The notes beneath the pieces were generated by a model. It saw only the letters and a program-made list of their open reading frames with translations. It had not been told where the DNA came from and ran no database searches. 64,000 nucleotides of DNA, from NCBI GenBank assembly GCA_038060895.1, contig JBBTCT010000015.1, positions 1 through 64,000 on the forward strand, written 5' to 3'. The position numbers and the translations under genes are program-made. Positions 10,261-20,794 of the stretch are shown one piece after another. Positions within the stretch are counted from its first letter, which is position 1. The number at the start of each line of letters is the position of its first letter. This DNA is from Planctomycetota bacterium. Its GTDB lineage: Bacteria; Planctomycetota; MHYJ01; WSZJ01.

Positions 10261-12915
10261 ATGCCGAGACTCCTGCTCGCCCTGCAGAAGTGGGCCTGGC
10301 GCCGTCCCCGCGCCGTGCTGGCGCTGCTGGCCGTCCTTTGCGGCGTGTCCGCCCTTGCGGCATCGCGGCTTCACTTCAACAGCGACATCGTCAACATCCT
10401 CCCGAAGTCTTCGCCGGCGGTCGATGCCGTGCAGGAAGTCCTGGAGAACTTCTCCTTCACCGGCCAGCTCTTCATATTCCTTGAGAAGAAGACGCCCGGG
10501 GCGTCGGACGAGGCGGCCATGAGGATCGCCGACGGCATAGCGAGGCGGATGCAGGGGGCGCCCGAAGTTACGGCAGTGGACTGGAAGATCCTCCCCGAGT
10601 CCGAGGTCTTCCTCGCCAGAATGGCGGCTGAGCGGGGGCCGCTCCTCATACCAGACGAGCGGTCCGCTGAATTCCTGAAGCGGTTCGAGTCGGCGGAAAT
10701 CCGGAAGGTCGTGCGCAAGAATGCGAAGCGGCTGCGGTCGCCGGGAGTCAGCGCGGCGGACGCGCTGGTTCCCATTGACCCGCTCGACCTGACGCGGGAC
10801 TTCTACCTGCCGCTCCTGGCGGCGGGAAGGCCGCAGGGGAAGTTCGACGTGTCGAGCGGGTACTACTTCAGCGCGGGGAGGCGGTCGCTGATCGTGATGG
10901 TCGAGGGGGCGAAGCCGCCGCACGACGTGACGTTCGGGAAGAAGCTGGTGGCACTGGCGGAGCGGGCGATCGCGGAGGCGAGGGCCGAAGTGCCCGGCGG
11001 GGAAGACTGGGGCGCGTCGTTGCTCGGGGGGTACCCCATTGCGCTCTTCGCGGAGAGTTCCATCAAGAAGGACATGGGCGTGACGATCATGGGGTCGCTG
11101 CCGCCTCTCCTGGTGATGCTCCTGATTTCGCTTCGGCGCTGGCTGTCGCTGCTGGTCGGCGCGCTGGCCCTGTCGCTGGGAATCCTCTGGACATTCGGGC
11201 TGGCGGGGGCGGCCTACGGGCATCTCACGGGAGTCACGGTCGGCTTCGCGGGGCTGATCGCGGGAATGGGAATCGACTTCACGATCCATTTCATGAACCG
11301 TTATCGCGTCGAGCGGGACTCAGGACTGCACCCGGAGGCGGCCTGCGCAGCCGTGTACTTCGGAGGGGCGCCGAGCGTGTTTGTCGCGATGGTCACGTCG
11401 GCCGCCTCGTTCCTCTGCCTGTGGGTGAGCAAGTTCGCCGGGCTGCGCGAATTCGCGACGCTCGTCGGCGTCGGCCTCTTTTTCGTGTTCGCGGCGACGG
11501 CCCTTGTGTTCCCCGTCCTGGTGCGTGCCTTCGCTTCGAGATCCTGGGCGGAGCGCGACATCCCCCGGTGGTTTCACATGCTCCTTTGGGGAGGGTTCGC
11601 CGCCTTCATGGCCATTGAAGTCACCCACGTGACCGGGCTGGGGCTTGCCACGGCGATCGCCTGCTTCCTGCTCATGACCGGCTGGGGACAGCGCGCCGTC
11701 ACCGCGCTCGTCGTGGGGAAACCCCGGATTTCAATCGGCCTGGCGATCGCCGGAACCGCCGTCGCAGCCGTTGCCCTCCTGCACCCGCCCGCAGGCATGC
11801 CCGTGCGCGAAACCGACGTCAAGAACCTCCGCACAGAGGGCGACGTCATCCTCGAGATCCAGGAACGCATGCGCGCGGACTTTGGAAGCGGCCTCGACCC
11901 GCTGTTTGTCGTGACCCGGGGGGCGACCGAGGAGGAAGCGCTCGAAAAAGCCTACGCGGTCGTCGCGAGCATCTCGGCGGTGCCCGACATGGCGGTGCAG
12001 GGGATCACCCAGTTTGTGCCGCCGCCGTCGCTTCAGCGGCGCCGCGCCGCGGAAGTCGCGAAAGTGGACGTCGACCGGGTCATCAAAGATCTCGACGCTG
12101 CGCTCGACGCCGAGGGATTCGAAGTGGCCGCGTTCGACGCCGCGCGCCGGACGCTCCGCACCGCGCTGTCGGTTCGCGACCCCATCCTCCCGAGCCAGCT
12201 GGACGATCCCTTTTTCCGTTCGATCCGCAGCCGCTTTCTCGCCTCGCCCCCCGGCGGACTCGTGCGAGCCCTGATCTGGGTCACTCCGCGGGATCCGCTT
12301 CATGAAAGCGAAGTCCGCCAGCGTGTCGTGAATGCGCTGATGGCCGCGGCGAAAAACGGAGACGCAGGAGCTTCGGTCAGCGGGTTCAACGTGGTGGTGA
12401 AAGAAATCGACGAGCGGATCGGGCCGGACATCGCCAAGGCGACGTTTGCGGCCGTGGCGTTGTCGATCGTACTGGCGGGGATCCTGTTCGGGAGCCTGCG
12501 GTGGACCCTGCTGGCGCTGTTTCCGGCGATGGTCGGCACGCTGTGGATGCTGGGGGTGTTCCGGTTGATGGACATGAAGATGAACTACATCAACCTGATC
12601 GTGTACCCGCTGATGATGGGGATGGGAACGGACAACGGGCTGTACCTGGTGTATCGCTTCCGTGAACTGAAGCGAAGCAGCGTCGAGGTCACGATCACGT
12701 CGCTGTGGCGTGGAATCACGATGACGGCGCTGACGACGATCGTGGGGTTCGAGAGTCTGGCGTTTGCTTCGAACCTGGCGATGAGGAGCCTGGGGGTGAC
12801 TCACTCGCTGGGGATGTTGAGCTACCTTGCGGCCACTCTGCTCGTTCTGCCTCCGTTACTGAAATGGCTGGAGGCGAAGGGAGAGACCTCGCCAGAAAGC
12901 AAACCGGGTGGATGA
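10261..12915 (+). CDS. MMPL/RND-family transporter
   Basis: Two RND repeats with GMGIDFTIH and GMGTDNGLY motifs. Confidence 0.88.
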   Translation: MPRLLLALQKWAWRRPRAVLALLAVLCGVSALAASRLHFNSDIVNILPKSSPAVDAVQEVLENFSFTGQLFIFLEKKTPGASDEAAMRIADGIARRMQGAPEVTAVDWKILPESEVFLARMAAERGPLLIPDERSAEFLKRFESAEIRKVVRKNAKRLRSPGVSAADALVPIDPLDLTRDFYLPLLAAGRPQGKFDVSSGYYFSAGRRSLIVMVEGAKPPHDVTFGKKLVALAERAIAEARAEVPGGEDWGASLLGGYPIALFAESSIKKDMGVTIMGSLPPLLVMLLISLRRWLSLLVGALALSLGILWTFGLAGAAYGHLTGVTVGFAGLIAGMGIDFTIHFMNRYRVERDSGLHPEAACAAVYFGGAPSVFVAMVTSAASFLCLWVSKFAGLREFATLVGVGLFFVFAATALVFPVLVRAFASRSWAERDIPRWFHMLLWGGFAAFMAIEVTHVTGLGLATAIACFLLMTGWGQRAVTALVVGKPRISIGLAIAGTAVAAVALLHPPAGMPVRETDVKNLRTEGDVILEIQERMRADFGSGLDPLFVVTRGATEEEALEKAYAVVASISAVPDMAVQGITQFVPPPSLQRRRAAEVAKVDVDRVIKDLDAALDAEGFEVAAFDAARRTLRTALSVRDPILPSQLDDPFFRSIRSRFLASPPGGLVRALIWVTPRDPLHESEVRQRVVNALMAAAKNGDAGASVSGFNVVVKEIDERIGPDIAKATFAAVALSIVLAGILFGSLRWTLLALFPAMVGTLWMLGVFRLMDMKMNYINLIVYPLMMGMGTDNGLYLVYRFRELKRSSVEVTITSLWRGITMTALTTIVGFESLAFASNLAMRSLGVTHSLGMLSYLAATLLVLPPLLKWLEAKGETSPESKPGG

Positions 12916-12937
12916 GACCCTTGCCCTTGCCCAGCGA

Positions 12938-15340
12938 TCAGTGCTGCGAAATCTCCGCCTTCAGCTTCGGATACTTGAGCAGCACGAACAGCGCGGGCAG
13001 CGTCGTCAGCGACGCGAACAGACCCATCAGGATCGCCAGCCCGGTGAACATGCCGAAATAAAATGTCGGCACGAAGTGGCTCAGCATGAGCATGAGAAAC
13101 CCGGTGAAAGTGATGACGGTCGCGATCAGGATCGCCCTTCCGATCGTCGCGTGAGAGCGGCGCACGGCCTCGGGAAAATCTCCGCCGCTGGACGCGAGCT
13201 CCGTCCGGAACCGGAACGCGTACTGGATCGCGGCGTCGATTCCGACGCCCATCGCGACCGATGCGATGACCACCGTGACCATGTCGAGCGCGATCCCCGT
13301 GAATCCCATCACGCCCAGCACGAGGAAGACCGGCAGCACCTGCGGCAGAAGCACGATCGTCGCCATCACGGGCGACCGGAACAGGAACCAGAGCATGAAC
13401 CAGATCGCGACGACGGCGATCAGGAACGTCTCCTTCATCGTCAGGATCAGCCCGTTGAGAATGTTCGAGTAGAGAAGGCAGACGCCGGTGACGCGCGCCG
13501 CCGTGCCTTTCAGCTCCCTGTCCTTCATTCCCTCGAGGCGGCCCTTCACCGTCGTGATCAGCTTCCCACGGTTCAGAAGCGGAGACGTTTCTTTCAGCCG
13601 CACCAGGACCCGCGCCTGGGTCGCATCGGCGTTGCACAACTCCGTCACCAGTTCCGGGGCCATTCCGTTCACCAACCCCGCTACCTTTTCCGGCGGCATT
13701 TTCTTCATCGCCTTGCGCACTTCGTCCACCAGTGACTTCATCGATCGGCTGCTCCCGAACGCCGGGTCGTCGCGGAAGCTGTTTTCGACCGCTTCGAGCG
13801 CCTTCAGCCCCTCGTCGCTCCGGAAGTATCCCGGCTTCCCGTTGTGCAGGATCACCTCGATAGGCGTCGTCCCGCCGAGGTGCTTGTCGATGTAGTCCAG
13901 CCCCTGGTAGACCTCGCTCTTCGACCAGAAGTAGTCAATGAACTTGGTCTCGACCTGGATGTGCCGCGTGTAGTAGATCGACACGCCGAAGACCGCGAGG
14001 CTGAAAATGACCACGGCGAGCGGCGCGCGAAGGACGAGGGCGGTGAGGAAACGAAGAGGCCCCGCCGGACCGGATTTCGGGTCCGAAGAGCGCGGCTCGA
14101 GCGGCTTGAGCTGGGCGGTCGCCGCGGGGATGAGGAGCATGATCGTGGCGAGCCCAAGCCCGGTCCCGGCCGTCATCATGATCCCGAACGTCTTTACCGG
14201 GTGGATGCCGCTTCCGATATGCGCCGCGGTCCCGACCATCGTCGCCAGCGCGCTGTAGAGGCACGGGCGCCAGATTTCGGCGGTTGCCCGGGCGCACGTT
14301 TCCGACATCGTCTCGTCGGGCGCAAGGCGGCGGCGCTCGAGATACCGCTCGATGAAGTAGACGGCATACGGAAGCATGAGGACGAAAAGGAGGACCGGAA
14401 TGTTCGAAGTGACGATGGTCATGCTGTCGCGGCGGTACGCCATGACCGCGAGCATGAAGCCCACGGGAAGCAGGCAGGCGACGATCGGCAGCAGGAGCCA
14501 GCGCAGCCGGCGATAGATGGCCAGGAGGGCGAGCGTGAAGACGCCGAGCGCGAGCACGCCGAAGTTCATGATGTCCGAGCGGACGTGCTCGAGCAGGCCG
14601 ACGTTGATGATGGGAAGCCCCGACATCCGCACCGGGCCGACTCTCGGCTCCCACTTCTTTGCGAGCAGCCGTGCGGCCTCGACCAGCGCCGTGCGCCGCA
14701 CCGCCAGCTCCTCCTTCGCCTTCCGGTACTTCGGCGCGATTTCCTTGAGCCGCTTCTGCGCCGCCGGGTCGTCCGGTTTCGCCATCAGAGCGCGCCGCTC
14801 CTTGTCGAGACTCACGACGTCCTCGCTCACCGCGAGGAAGACCAGCGCCGAGATGTCCTTCCCGTCCGCGGAAATGACGTTGCCGCGCGCAATGTTGTGC
14901 TCGCACAGCTCCGCCTTCGCCTTCTCCAGGTTGATCCTCGGGTTCAGCGTCCCGTCGGGATTCGCCAGGTAGGGCGGCTTCGGGATGTAGGGGATGCCGT
15001 TGCGCAGCAGCGGCACCGTGGTCGGCGCGATGAGGTCGCGGGTGCCCGGCAGCCGCTTCATGTCCTCCGCAAACTCGCAGAGCAGCTGGGCGCCTTCCTT
15101 CGTGAACCACCCCTCTTCGCGATGCGCACACGCCACGAGGTACTCGTCGTCCCCCCATTCCGCCCGCGTCTGGTTGTAGTAGTGAAGGTCCGTGTCCAGC
15201 TCGTTAAGCAGCACGTCCGTCCCGAACTCAACCCGGAAACCGGGGAGCAGAAGGCCGGACCACACGGCTCCCGCGAAAAAGACCGCGAGGATGGCCCACC
15301 AGCCCCGCTGGAGGAGGCGTTGGAAGAGGTTCTCGATCAT
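12938..15340 (-). CDS. MMPL/RND-family transporter
   Basis: Two RND halves; GVGIDAAIQY, GRAILIAT, FGMFTGLAI. Confidence 0.88.
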   Translation of the reverse strand: MIENLFQRLLQRGWWAILAVFFAGAVWSGLLLPGFRVEFGTDVLLNELDTDLHYYNQTRAEWGDDEYLVACAHREEGWFTKEGAQLLCEFAEDMKRLPGTRDLIAPTTVPLLRNGIPYIPKPPYLANPDGTLNPRINLEKAKAELCEHNIARGNVISADGKDISALVFLAVSEDVVSLDKERRALMAKPDDPAAQKRLKEIAPKYRKAKEELAVRRTALVEAARLLAKKWEPRVGPVRMSGLPIINVGLLEHVRSDIMNFGVLALGVFTLALLAIYRRLRWLLLPIVACLLPVGFMLAVMAYRRDSMTIVTSNIPVLLFVLMLPYAVYFIERYLERRRLAPDETMSETCARATAEIWRPCLYSALATMVGTAAHIGSGIHPVKTFGIMMTAGTGLGLATIMLLIPAATAQLKPLEPRSSDPKSGPAGPLRFLTALVLRAPLAVVIFSLAVFGVSIYYTRHIQVETKFIDYFWSKSEVYQGLDYIDKHLGGTTPIEVILHNGKPGYFRSDEGLKALEAVENSFRDDPAFGSSRSMKSLVDEVRKAMKKMPPEKVAGLVNGMAPELVTELCNADATQARVLVRLKETSPLLNRGKLITTVKGRLEGMKDRELKGTAARVTGVCLLYSNILNGLILTMKETFLIAVVAIWFMLWFLFRSPVMATIVLLPQVLPVFLVLGVMGFTGIALDMVTVVIASVAMGVGIDAAIQYAFRFRTELASSGGDFPEAVRRSHATIGRAILIATVITFTGFLMLMLSHFVPTFYFGMFTGLAILMGLFASLTTLPALFVLLKYPKLKAEISQH

Positions 15341-15466
15341 GGGGGAGGCGCGAGCGCCCGGAAGAGTTTACTTGGTGAAGCGGAAATCCCCCCACTTCGC
15401 GTGAGGGCAAGGGGCTCCTGATTTGTTTGTTTTGCCCGGGCCCCCCCGTGCTTTAATGCCCCGCCT

Positions 15467-16810
15467 ATGGCCGAACGGATCAGGATTCGCGCCCGGTTTG
15501 CCGACCAGTGCCCCCTTTTCAAACAGGGTGAGGGCATGACTCTGGAGCTCCCGGGCGTCGTCGCATCGCGCTGTCACAACGTCTGCGCCGCCTCGCTGCA
15601 CGCGTTTCTGACGCTTCACGAGATGCGCAAAGGCTCCGTGGACGGCAAGCAGTACACCTGTTCGTTCGTCGGTTGCCGGGCGACGATGGAAGTCGCAGTC
15701 GGGACGGAATTTCCGGAAGTGAAACCTGCTGCCGCGCCTGCGGCGGCGCCGAAGGCTCCCGGAGCTGCGCCTGCCTCGGCCGCGAATCCGGCGACGGCCG
15801 TGCTTTCCAAGATGAAGGGCTCCAATCCGCTGGCGGCGTTCCTGTCGTCGGCGAGCCCATCCCAGGACGACGACTTCGGCGGCACGGGAATGACGCCGAT
15901 GCCGATCAACGATCCCTCCGATGCGCCCGCGCCGGCACCCGCTCCTGTGTCGAAAGCCCCGGCGACGGCGGTTGCGGCGCAGGACTCGAAAGGGAAGCTG
16001 CTGGCGATTGCGACCAAGCTGAAGACGGCGCCGATTTTCAGTGGCCTGCCCGGCGAAGAGCTGGAGCGGATCGCGAATTCGGTCAAGCTCGTGTCGTATC
16101 CCGCGGGCACGACGCTGCTCAAGTCGGGCGATCCGGGTGAGAAGTACTTCCTGCTCGCGGGCGGCCGGGTCGATGTGATCCAGATCGACAAAGATGGCAC
16201 CGAGAAAGTGCTGAGCTCCCTCGGTTCAGGCCAGGGCGTCGGCGAGATGTCGCTCCTGACGGGCGAAAAGTGCTCCGCGACGGTCAAGACGGTCGATTCC
16301 GTCCAGGCGCTCGTCATCGCCCGCACCGACTTCGAAGCCATGCTCGAGGCCGCGCCCCAGTTGAACCGGCACTTCAACAAGATCCTCGCGGACCGCCTTC
16401 GCACGACGAACCAGAAACTGACCGACGTGATCCAGAACGGCGTGCTCGGGAAATTGCAGATGTTCTCGCTCGCCGAGCTGACCCAGGCGCTCGCCGTCAG
16501 CGGCCGGACGGGCTACCTGCATCTCCAGCACCGGGCGCAGCGCGGCTACCTGACCGTGCGCGACGGGTACGTGTTCCACGCCAAACTCCCCGGGAAGGAC
16601 AAGCCCGAGGACGCGTTCCTCGAAATGATGACGTGGCGCGAAGGTGAGTTCCGCTTCGAGCAGGGCGACATCTCCACCCTCGGCCTGCGCCCGATCGACA
16701 CGACGAGCCTCCTCGTCGAGGGAGCGAGGCGGATCGACGAAAAAGCGCGCAGCGTCGAAGCGCCGAAGCCGGCCGAAGCGAAGCCTGCAGAGCCCGCGAA
16801 GCCGACGTAG
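15467..16810 (+). CDS. Cys-rich N-domain + cyclic-nucleotide-binding domain + DUF4388(PatA-N)-like domain
   Basis: PIFSGLP..., GEMSLLTG..SATV; GKLQMFSLAELTQAL...RTGYL...WREGEFRF. Confidence 0.82.
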   Translation: MAERIRIRARFADQCPLFKQGEGMTLELPGVVASRCHNVCAASLHAFLTLHEMRKGSVDGKQYTCSFVGCRATMEVAVGTEFPEVKPAAAPAAAPKAPGAAPASAANPATAVLSKMKGSNPLAAFLSSASPSQDDDFGGTGMTPMPINDPSDAPAPAPAPVSKAPATAVAAQDSKGKLLAIATKLKTAPIFSGLPGEELERIANSVKLVSYPAGTTLLKSGDPGEKYFLLAGGRVDVIQIDKDGTEKVLSSLGSGQGVGEMSLLTGEKCSATVKTVDSVQALVIARTDFEAMLEAAPQLNRHFNKILADRLRTTNQKLTDVIQNGVLGKLQMFSLAELTQALAVSGRTGYLHLQHRAQRGYLTVRDGYVFHAKLPGKDKPEDAFLEMMTWREGEFRFEQGDISTLGLRPIDTTSLLVEGARRIDEKARSVEAPKPAEAKPAEPAKPT

Positions 16811-16824
16811 CCGGGGAAGAGCCC

Positions 16825-18006
16825 ATGTCGACGCCGATCGTCGTGCGCGCGGTCAACGCCGCCCAGTGTCCGCTCTTCAAGCCCGGCGAAGGCATGACGA
16901 TCCTGATGCCGTCGGTGCTGGCGTCGAAGTGCCACGCGGTCTGTGCGGCGAATCTCGAGAAGTTCACGAAGTTCTACGAGGAGCGCGGGCGTCAGGCCGA
17001 CGGGCAGATCTATGCGTGCTCCTACATCGGGTGCCGGGCGAACTTCAAGGTGGAGATCGGCAAGGAGCTGCCGGAGGTCCATCCGCCTGCGACGGCGGCG
17101 CCCGGGACGGCGTTGATGGCGAACGATGTCAAGGGACCGGCGTCCGGCGTCTTCACTCCGTCTCCAGGGCCTCAGACGCGCACGGCGATCCTCGCCCTTG
17201 CCGCGCGACTCAAGACCACGCCGCTCTTCGCGTCGCTTCCCGCCGCCGAGCTCGAGGCGGTCGCCCGCAGCATGCAGGTGCGCGAGTACGCGGCCGGGAC
17301 GGACTGCCTGCGCAAAGGGGAATTTGGACGCGCGTTCTTCCTGATCCAGAGCGGCACGGCGGAAGTCGTCAACGTCGAGCCGGACGGAACGCAGCGCGTC
17401 ATCGCGACGCTCGGCCCGGGCCAGTGCTTCGGCGAAATGTCCCTGCTGACCGGGGACGTCGCGTCCGCGACGGTTCGCGCCCCGTCGAGAATCTCCGCGC
17501 TGGTTCTGCCCCGGGGCGACTTCGAGCGCATGCTCGACCATAACCCGCAGCTCAACCGCCACTTCAACCGTCTCCTCGCCGAACGCCTCCGGATGACGAA
17601 CCGCAAGCTCGTCGAGGTGCAGGACGGCGTCACCGGCCGCCTGGCCATGATGAGCCTGGGCGAGCTCACCCAGTCGATCAACGCGTCGGCGCGCACCGGG
17701 AAGCTCGTCCTGTCGCAGGCAAACGCTTCGGGCACCGTAGTGTTCGAGAAGGGCGTGATTTACGACGTCACTTGCGGGGCGCTGATGCGCGAGACCGCGT
17801 TTTACGCCCTGATGAAGTGGAAAGACGGGCAGTTCCGGTTCGAGCCGGGGGTGGTGGCGATCACGGGGATGCAGCCCCTGGACGCGATGTCCCTGCTGAT
17901 GGAGGGGATGCGGCGGCAGGACGAGGAGACGGGGAGGTTCAAGATGTTGCCGACCGCTCCGGAGACGCCCGCGCCGAAACCTCAACCGCCGGCGCCAACC
18001 GCGTAA
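16825..18006 (+). CDS. Paralog: Cys-rich N-domain + cNMP-binding + DUF4388-like
   Basis: Same architecture: FGEMSLLTG, RTGKL...WKDGQFRF. Confidence 0.82.
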   Translation: MSTPIVVRAVNAAQCPLFKPGEGMTILMPSVLASKCHAVCAANLEKFTKFYEERGRQADGQIYACSYIGCRANFKVEIGKELPEVHPPATAAPGTALMANDVKGPASGVFTPSPGPQTRTAILALAARLKTTPLFASLPAAELEAVARSMQVREYAAGTDCLRKGEFGRAFFLIQSGTAEVVNVEPDGTQRVIATLGPGQCFGEMSLLTGDVASATVRAPSRISALVLPRGDFERMLDHNPQLNRHFNRLLAERLRMTNRKLVEVQDGVTGRLAMMSLGELTQSINASARTGKLVLSQANASGTVVFEKGVIYDVTCGALMRETAFYALMKWKDGQFRFEPGVVAITGMQPLDAMSLLMEGMRRQDEETGRFKMLPTAPETPAPKPQPPAPTA

Positions 18007-18041
18007 AATGCCTCACTCACCGGGGGGTGATCGGAGCCCGC

Positions 18042-20672
18042 ATGAAACGCCTGGCCTCAATCGCCGCGCTCGCCGCCCTCATCCTGCTCCCCGGCCCCGC
18101 CTCTGCCGACCGCGAGTCCGCCAAGGCGCCATTCGCCGAGGGCAGCGCGGCTCTTCAGCGCCAGGATTTCCTCGCGGCCATCGCCTCGTTCTCGAAAGCG
18201 ATCGAGGCCGATCCCCAGTGGGCCGACGCGTGGGACCTCCGCGGCCGCGCCAAGTTCCTCATGCAGCGCACGCCCGCGGCGATCGAGGACTACAGCCGCG
18301 CCATGGCGCTCGAGCCCGCAAACCCGAATTACGCGATTCACCGCTGCCAGGCCCTCATGTCCCTCGACCGGTGGGCGGAAGCCGCCGAAGACGCGGCCGC
18401 GGGATTGAAAGTGGCCCCCGGCGAAGCGCAGGTCATGTCGCTTCACGGCTGGGCGCTCGTCAACACGGGCGACGTCGACAAGGGACTCGCCGAGCAGGAC
18501 CAGGCCGTCCAGGGGAACAACAACCCGGCTCTTCGCATCCGTTACGACGCTTACTGGCGGAAGGCGGAGTGGGAGAAGATGGTCCAGGAGGCCGACGCGC
18601 AGCTGGCGGCGGGGGTGAAGCGGCCGGCGATCTACTTCTACCGGGTCGTCGGGCTGGTCGGGATGGGGAAGTTCGAGGAGGGGCTGGCCGCTGCCCGGGC
18701 TGCGAAGAAGACGGTGGTGCGGAGTTCCGAACCCGGGCTGGCAGAGGCGTACGTGCTCGGGACGGTGGAAGCGGCCGGGATTTACGACGCGAAGGCGTCG
18801 CTGGCGATCATCGGGGGGATGGACTCCTCGACCATTTCCTATTTCCTCAACGTCCACGCGAGGACGCTGTTTCTCGCCGGCAGCGCCCGCGAGTGCGCCG
18901 ACCTGCTCGGAATCAAGGGGCGGCGGACGAATTTCGACACGCTGTTCTGGCTCGGCGCCGCGCAGTGGAAGCTCGGGAATTTCGCGGAAGCGAAACAAAC
19001 GCTCTCGGACGCGAGGCGGCTGAACCCGTACCTGTCCCGCCACGCGGCGCAGATCGAGGGGCTGGCGGCCTTCGTGGCGTCGATCGACAAGGAGCTGGCG
19101 GGGGAGGGCGCCGGGCAGGCGGACCGCGGGAAGCTGTCGCACGAACTCGCGACGCACCTGCTCACCGTGGCGGAAATCGAGGCGCTGGTGCGCCGCTACC
19201 AGTTCGCGCGCGCTGCCGCGGAGTACGAGAAGCTCCTCCAGTCGCTCACCTCCGCGGTGCGCAAGGCCGAGGTCGAGACACGCCTGCCGGAAATCCGCGG
19301 GATGGCCGGCGCGCACGCGAAAATCTCGACGGGCGTGAACAAGGGCTCGCTCAAGCTCAAGGCGACGCTCGGGAAAACAGAGCTCAGCGTCACGAAGGCC
19401 GCCGAGACGATCTTCGAGTTCGCGATCGCCGGAGGAAACGGGAAGTTCCCGTGGGCCTTCCTCGACCCCGCCGTCTATTGCGGGTTCGCCGACCAGGCCG
19501 GGCTCGATCCCCTGGAAGACCTCGGCATCGGCTGCCTCGCGTGGGACGCCGCGCAGCGCGAAATCGCCGTCAAACACTTTGAAAGCGCCGTGAAGAAAAA
19601 GCCGGCGCTTCGCAAGAACCTGGACGCCTTCCTGGCCCGGAAGCGCGGCTTGTCGGCGCCGCCCGAGGGGTTCGTGCTGTTCCGGGGCGCGTACGTGACA
19701 CCGGAGGAGAAGGGAAATCTCGAGAAGGGGCTCGTGCAGTTCCAGGGGCAGTGGGTGACGGTGAAGGACAAGGAGCAGCTCGCGAAGGGGAACGTGCAGG
19801 TCGACGGGAAGTGGGTCCCAGGGGCGGAGGGGGAGCTGCTGAAGCGCGGCTACGTGAAGTACAAGGACAAGTGGCTGACGCGCGAGGACTACGACCTGAT
19901 CCGCGGGCAGTGGGCGGACTGCCACACGGAGGAGACCGCGCACTATCTCGTGAAGACGAACACGACGGAGCAGTTCGCGAAGGACCTCGGCACGCTGCTG
20001 GAAGTCGCGTACGGCGAGTACGCGAAGTTCTACGGCGGCGCCGAGCCGAAGCTCCCGGGCAAGGAGAAGATGACGCTTCATGCGTACCGCAGCTACGAGG
20101 ACTACCGCAAGTACTGCGTCGAGAACAAGCAGGAGGACAACCTGAACGCCGCGGGGTTCGCGAGGAGCGATTCGAACGTCGTCGTCGGCTGGGACAAGAC
20201 GGGGAACAAGCACCAGTTCCTGCAGACGATGGTGCACGAGGCGGCGCACCTGTATTTCTTCCGCGTGGCGCCGTCGGCCCGGGCGCCGTCGTGGTACGCG
20301 GAGGGAATGGCGACGTACTTCGAGGGGTTTGACTGGGACGGGAAGACGTACCGGTTCAACTTCATCAGCGACAGCCGGCTGCCGTTCGTAAGGGACGCGA
20401 TGCGCGGCGGCCGGCACATCCCGCTCAAGGACCTGCTCGCGGGGGATGCGCTTCAGCTCATCAACAGCGACTCGCAGAAGGCGCTGTTGTTCTATGCGGA
20501 GTGCTGGGCGTTGAACTACTACCTGTCGCAGACGGACAACAAGGTCTACAAGGCGGCGTATGAGGAGTACCGGAAGGGGATTGCCGCGGGGGGAGGGAAG
20601 GCGTTGCTTGAGTATTTCCCGGATGCGGCGAGGCTGGAGAAGGACTGGATGGAGTGCATTACGGGGTTGTAG
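18042..20672 (+). CDS. Secreted TPR + DUF1570-like HExxH metallopeptidase-domain protein (paralog 1)
   Basis: Signal peptide, TPRs, TMVHEAAHLY...WYAEGMATYFE. Confidence 0.82.
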   Translation: MKRLASIAALAALILLPGPASADRESAKAPFAEGSAALQRQDFLAAIASFSKAIEADPQWADAWDLRGRAKFLMQRTPAAIEDYSRAMALEPANPNYAIHRCQALMSLDRWAEAAEDAAAGLKVAPGEAQVMSLHGWALVNTGDVDKGLAEQDQAVQGNNNPALRIRYDAYWRKAEWEKMVQEADAQLAAGVKRPAIYFYRVVGLVGMGKFEEGLAAARAAKKTVVRSSEPGLAEAYVLGTVEAAGIYDAKASLAIIGGMDSSTISYFLNVHARTLFLAGSARECADLLGIKGRRTNFDTLFWLGAAQWKLGNFAEAKQTLSDARRLNPYLSRHAAQIEGLAAFVASIDKELAGEGAGQADRGKLSHELATHLLTVAEIEALVRRYQFARAAAEYEKLLQSLTSAVRKAEVETRLPEIRGMAGAHAKISTGVNKGSLKLKATLGKTELSVTKAAETIFEFAIAGGNGKFPWAFLDPAVYCGFADQAGLDPLEDLGIGCLAWDAAQREIAVKHFESAVKKKPALRKNLDAFLARKRGLSAPPEGFVLFRGAYVTPEEKGNLEKGLVQFQGQWVTVKDKEQLAKGNVQVDGKWVPGAEGELLKRGYVKYKDKWLTREDYDLIRGQWADCHTEETAHYLVKTNTTEQFAKDLGTLLEVAYGEYAKFYGGAEPKLPGKEKMTLHAYRSYEDYRKYCVENKQEDNLNAAGFARSDSNVVVGWDKTGNKHQFLQTMVHEAAHLYFFRVAPSARAPSWYAEGMATYFEGFDWDGKTYRFNFISDSRLPFVRDAMRGGRHIPLKDLLAGDALQLINSDSQKALLFYAECWALNYYLSQTDNKVYKAAYEEYRKGIAAGGGKALLEYFPDAARLEKDWMECITGL

Positions 20673-20674
20673 AA

Positions 20675-20725
20675 AAAGGGCAAGAACGAAACGAAAAACG
20701 AAAAAGTAAAAACGAAAAACGAAAA
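20675..20725. repeat. A-rich heptamer-like tandem repeat (AAAACGA)n
   Basis: caagaacgaaacgaaaaacgaaaaagtaaaaacgaaaaacgaaaa. Confidence 0.75.
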
Positions 20726-20794
20726 GTGCGTCGGAGTGCGTCAACCTCCACGACCGATCGAGCCCATTTCCCGCAATCCACGGGCGAACACCCC

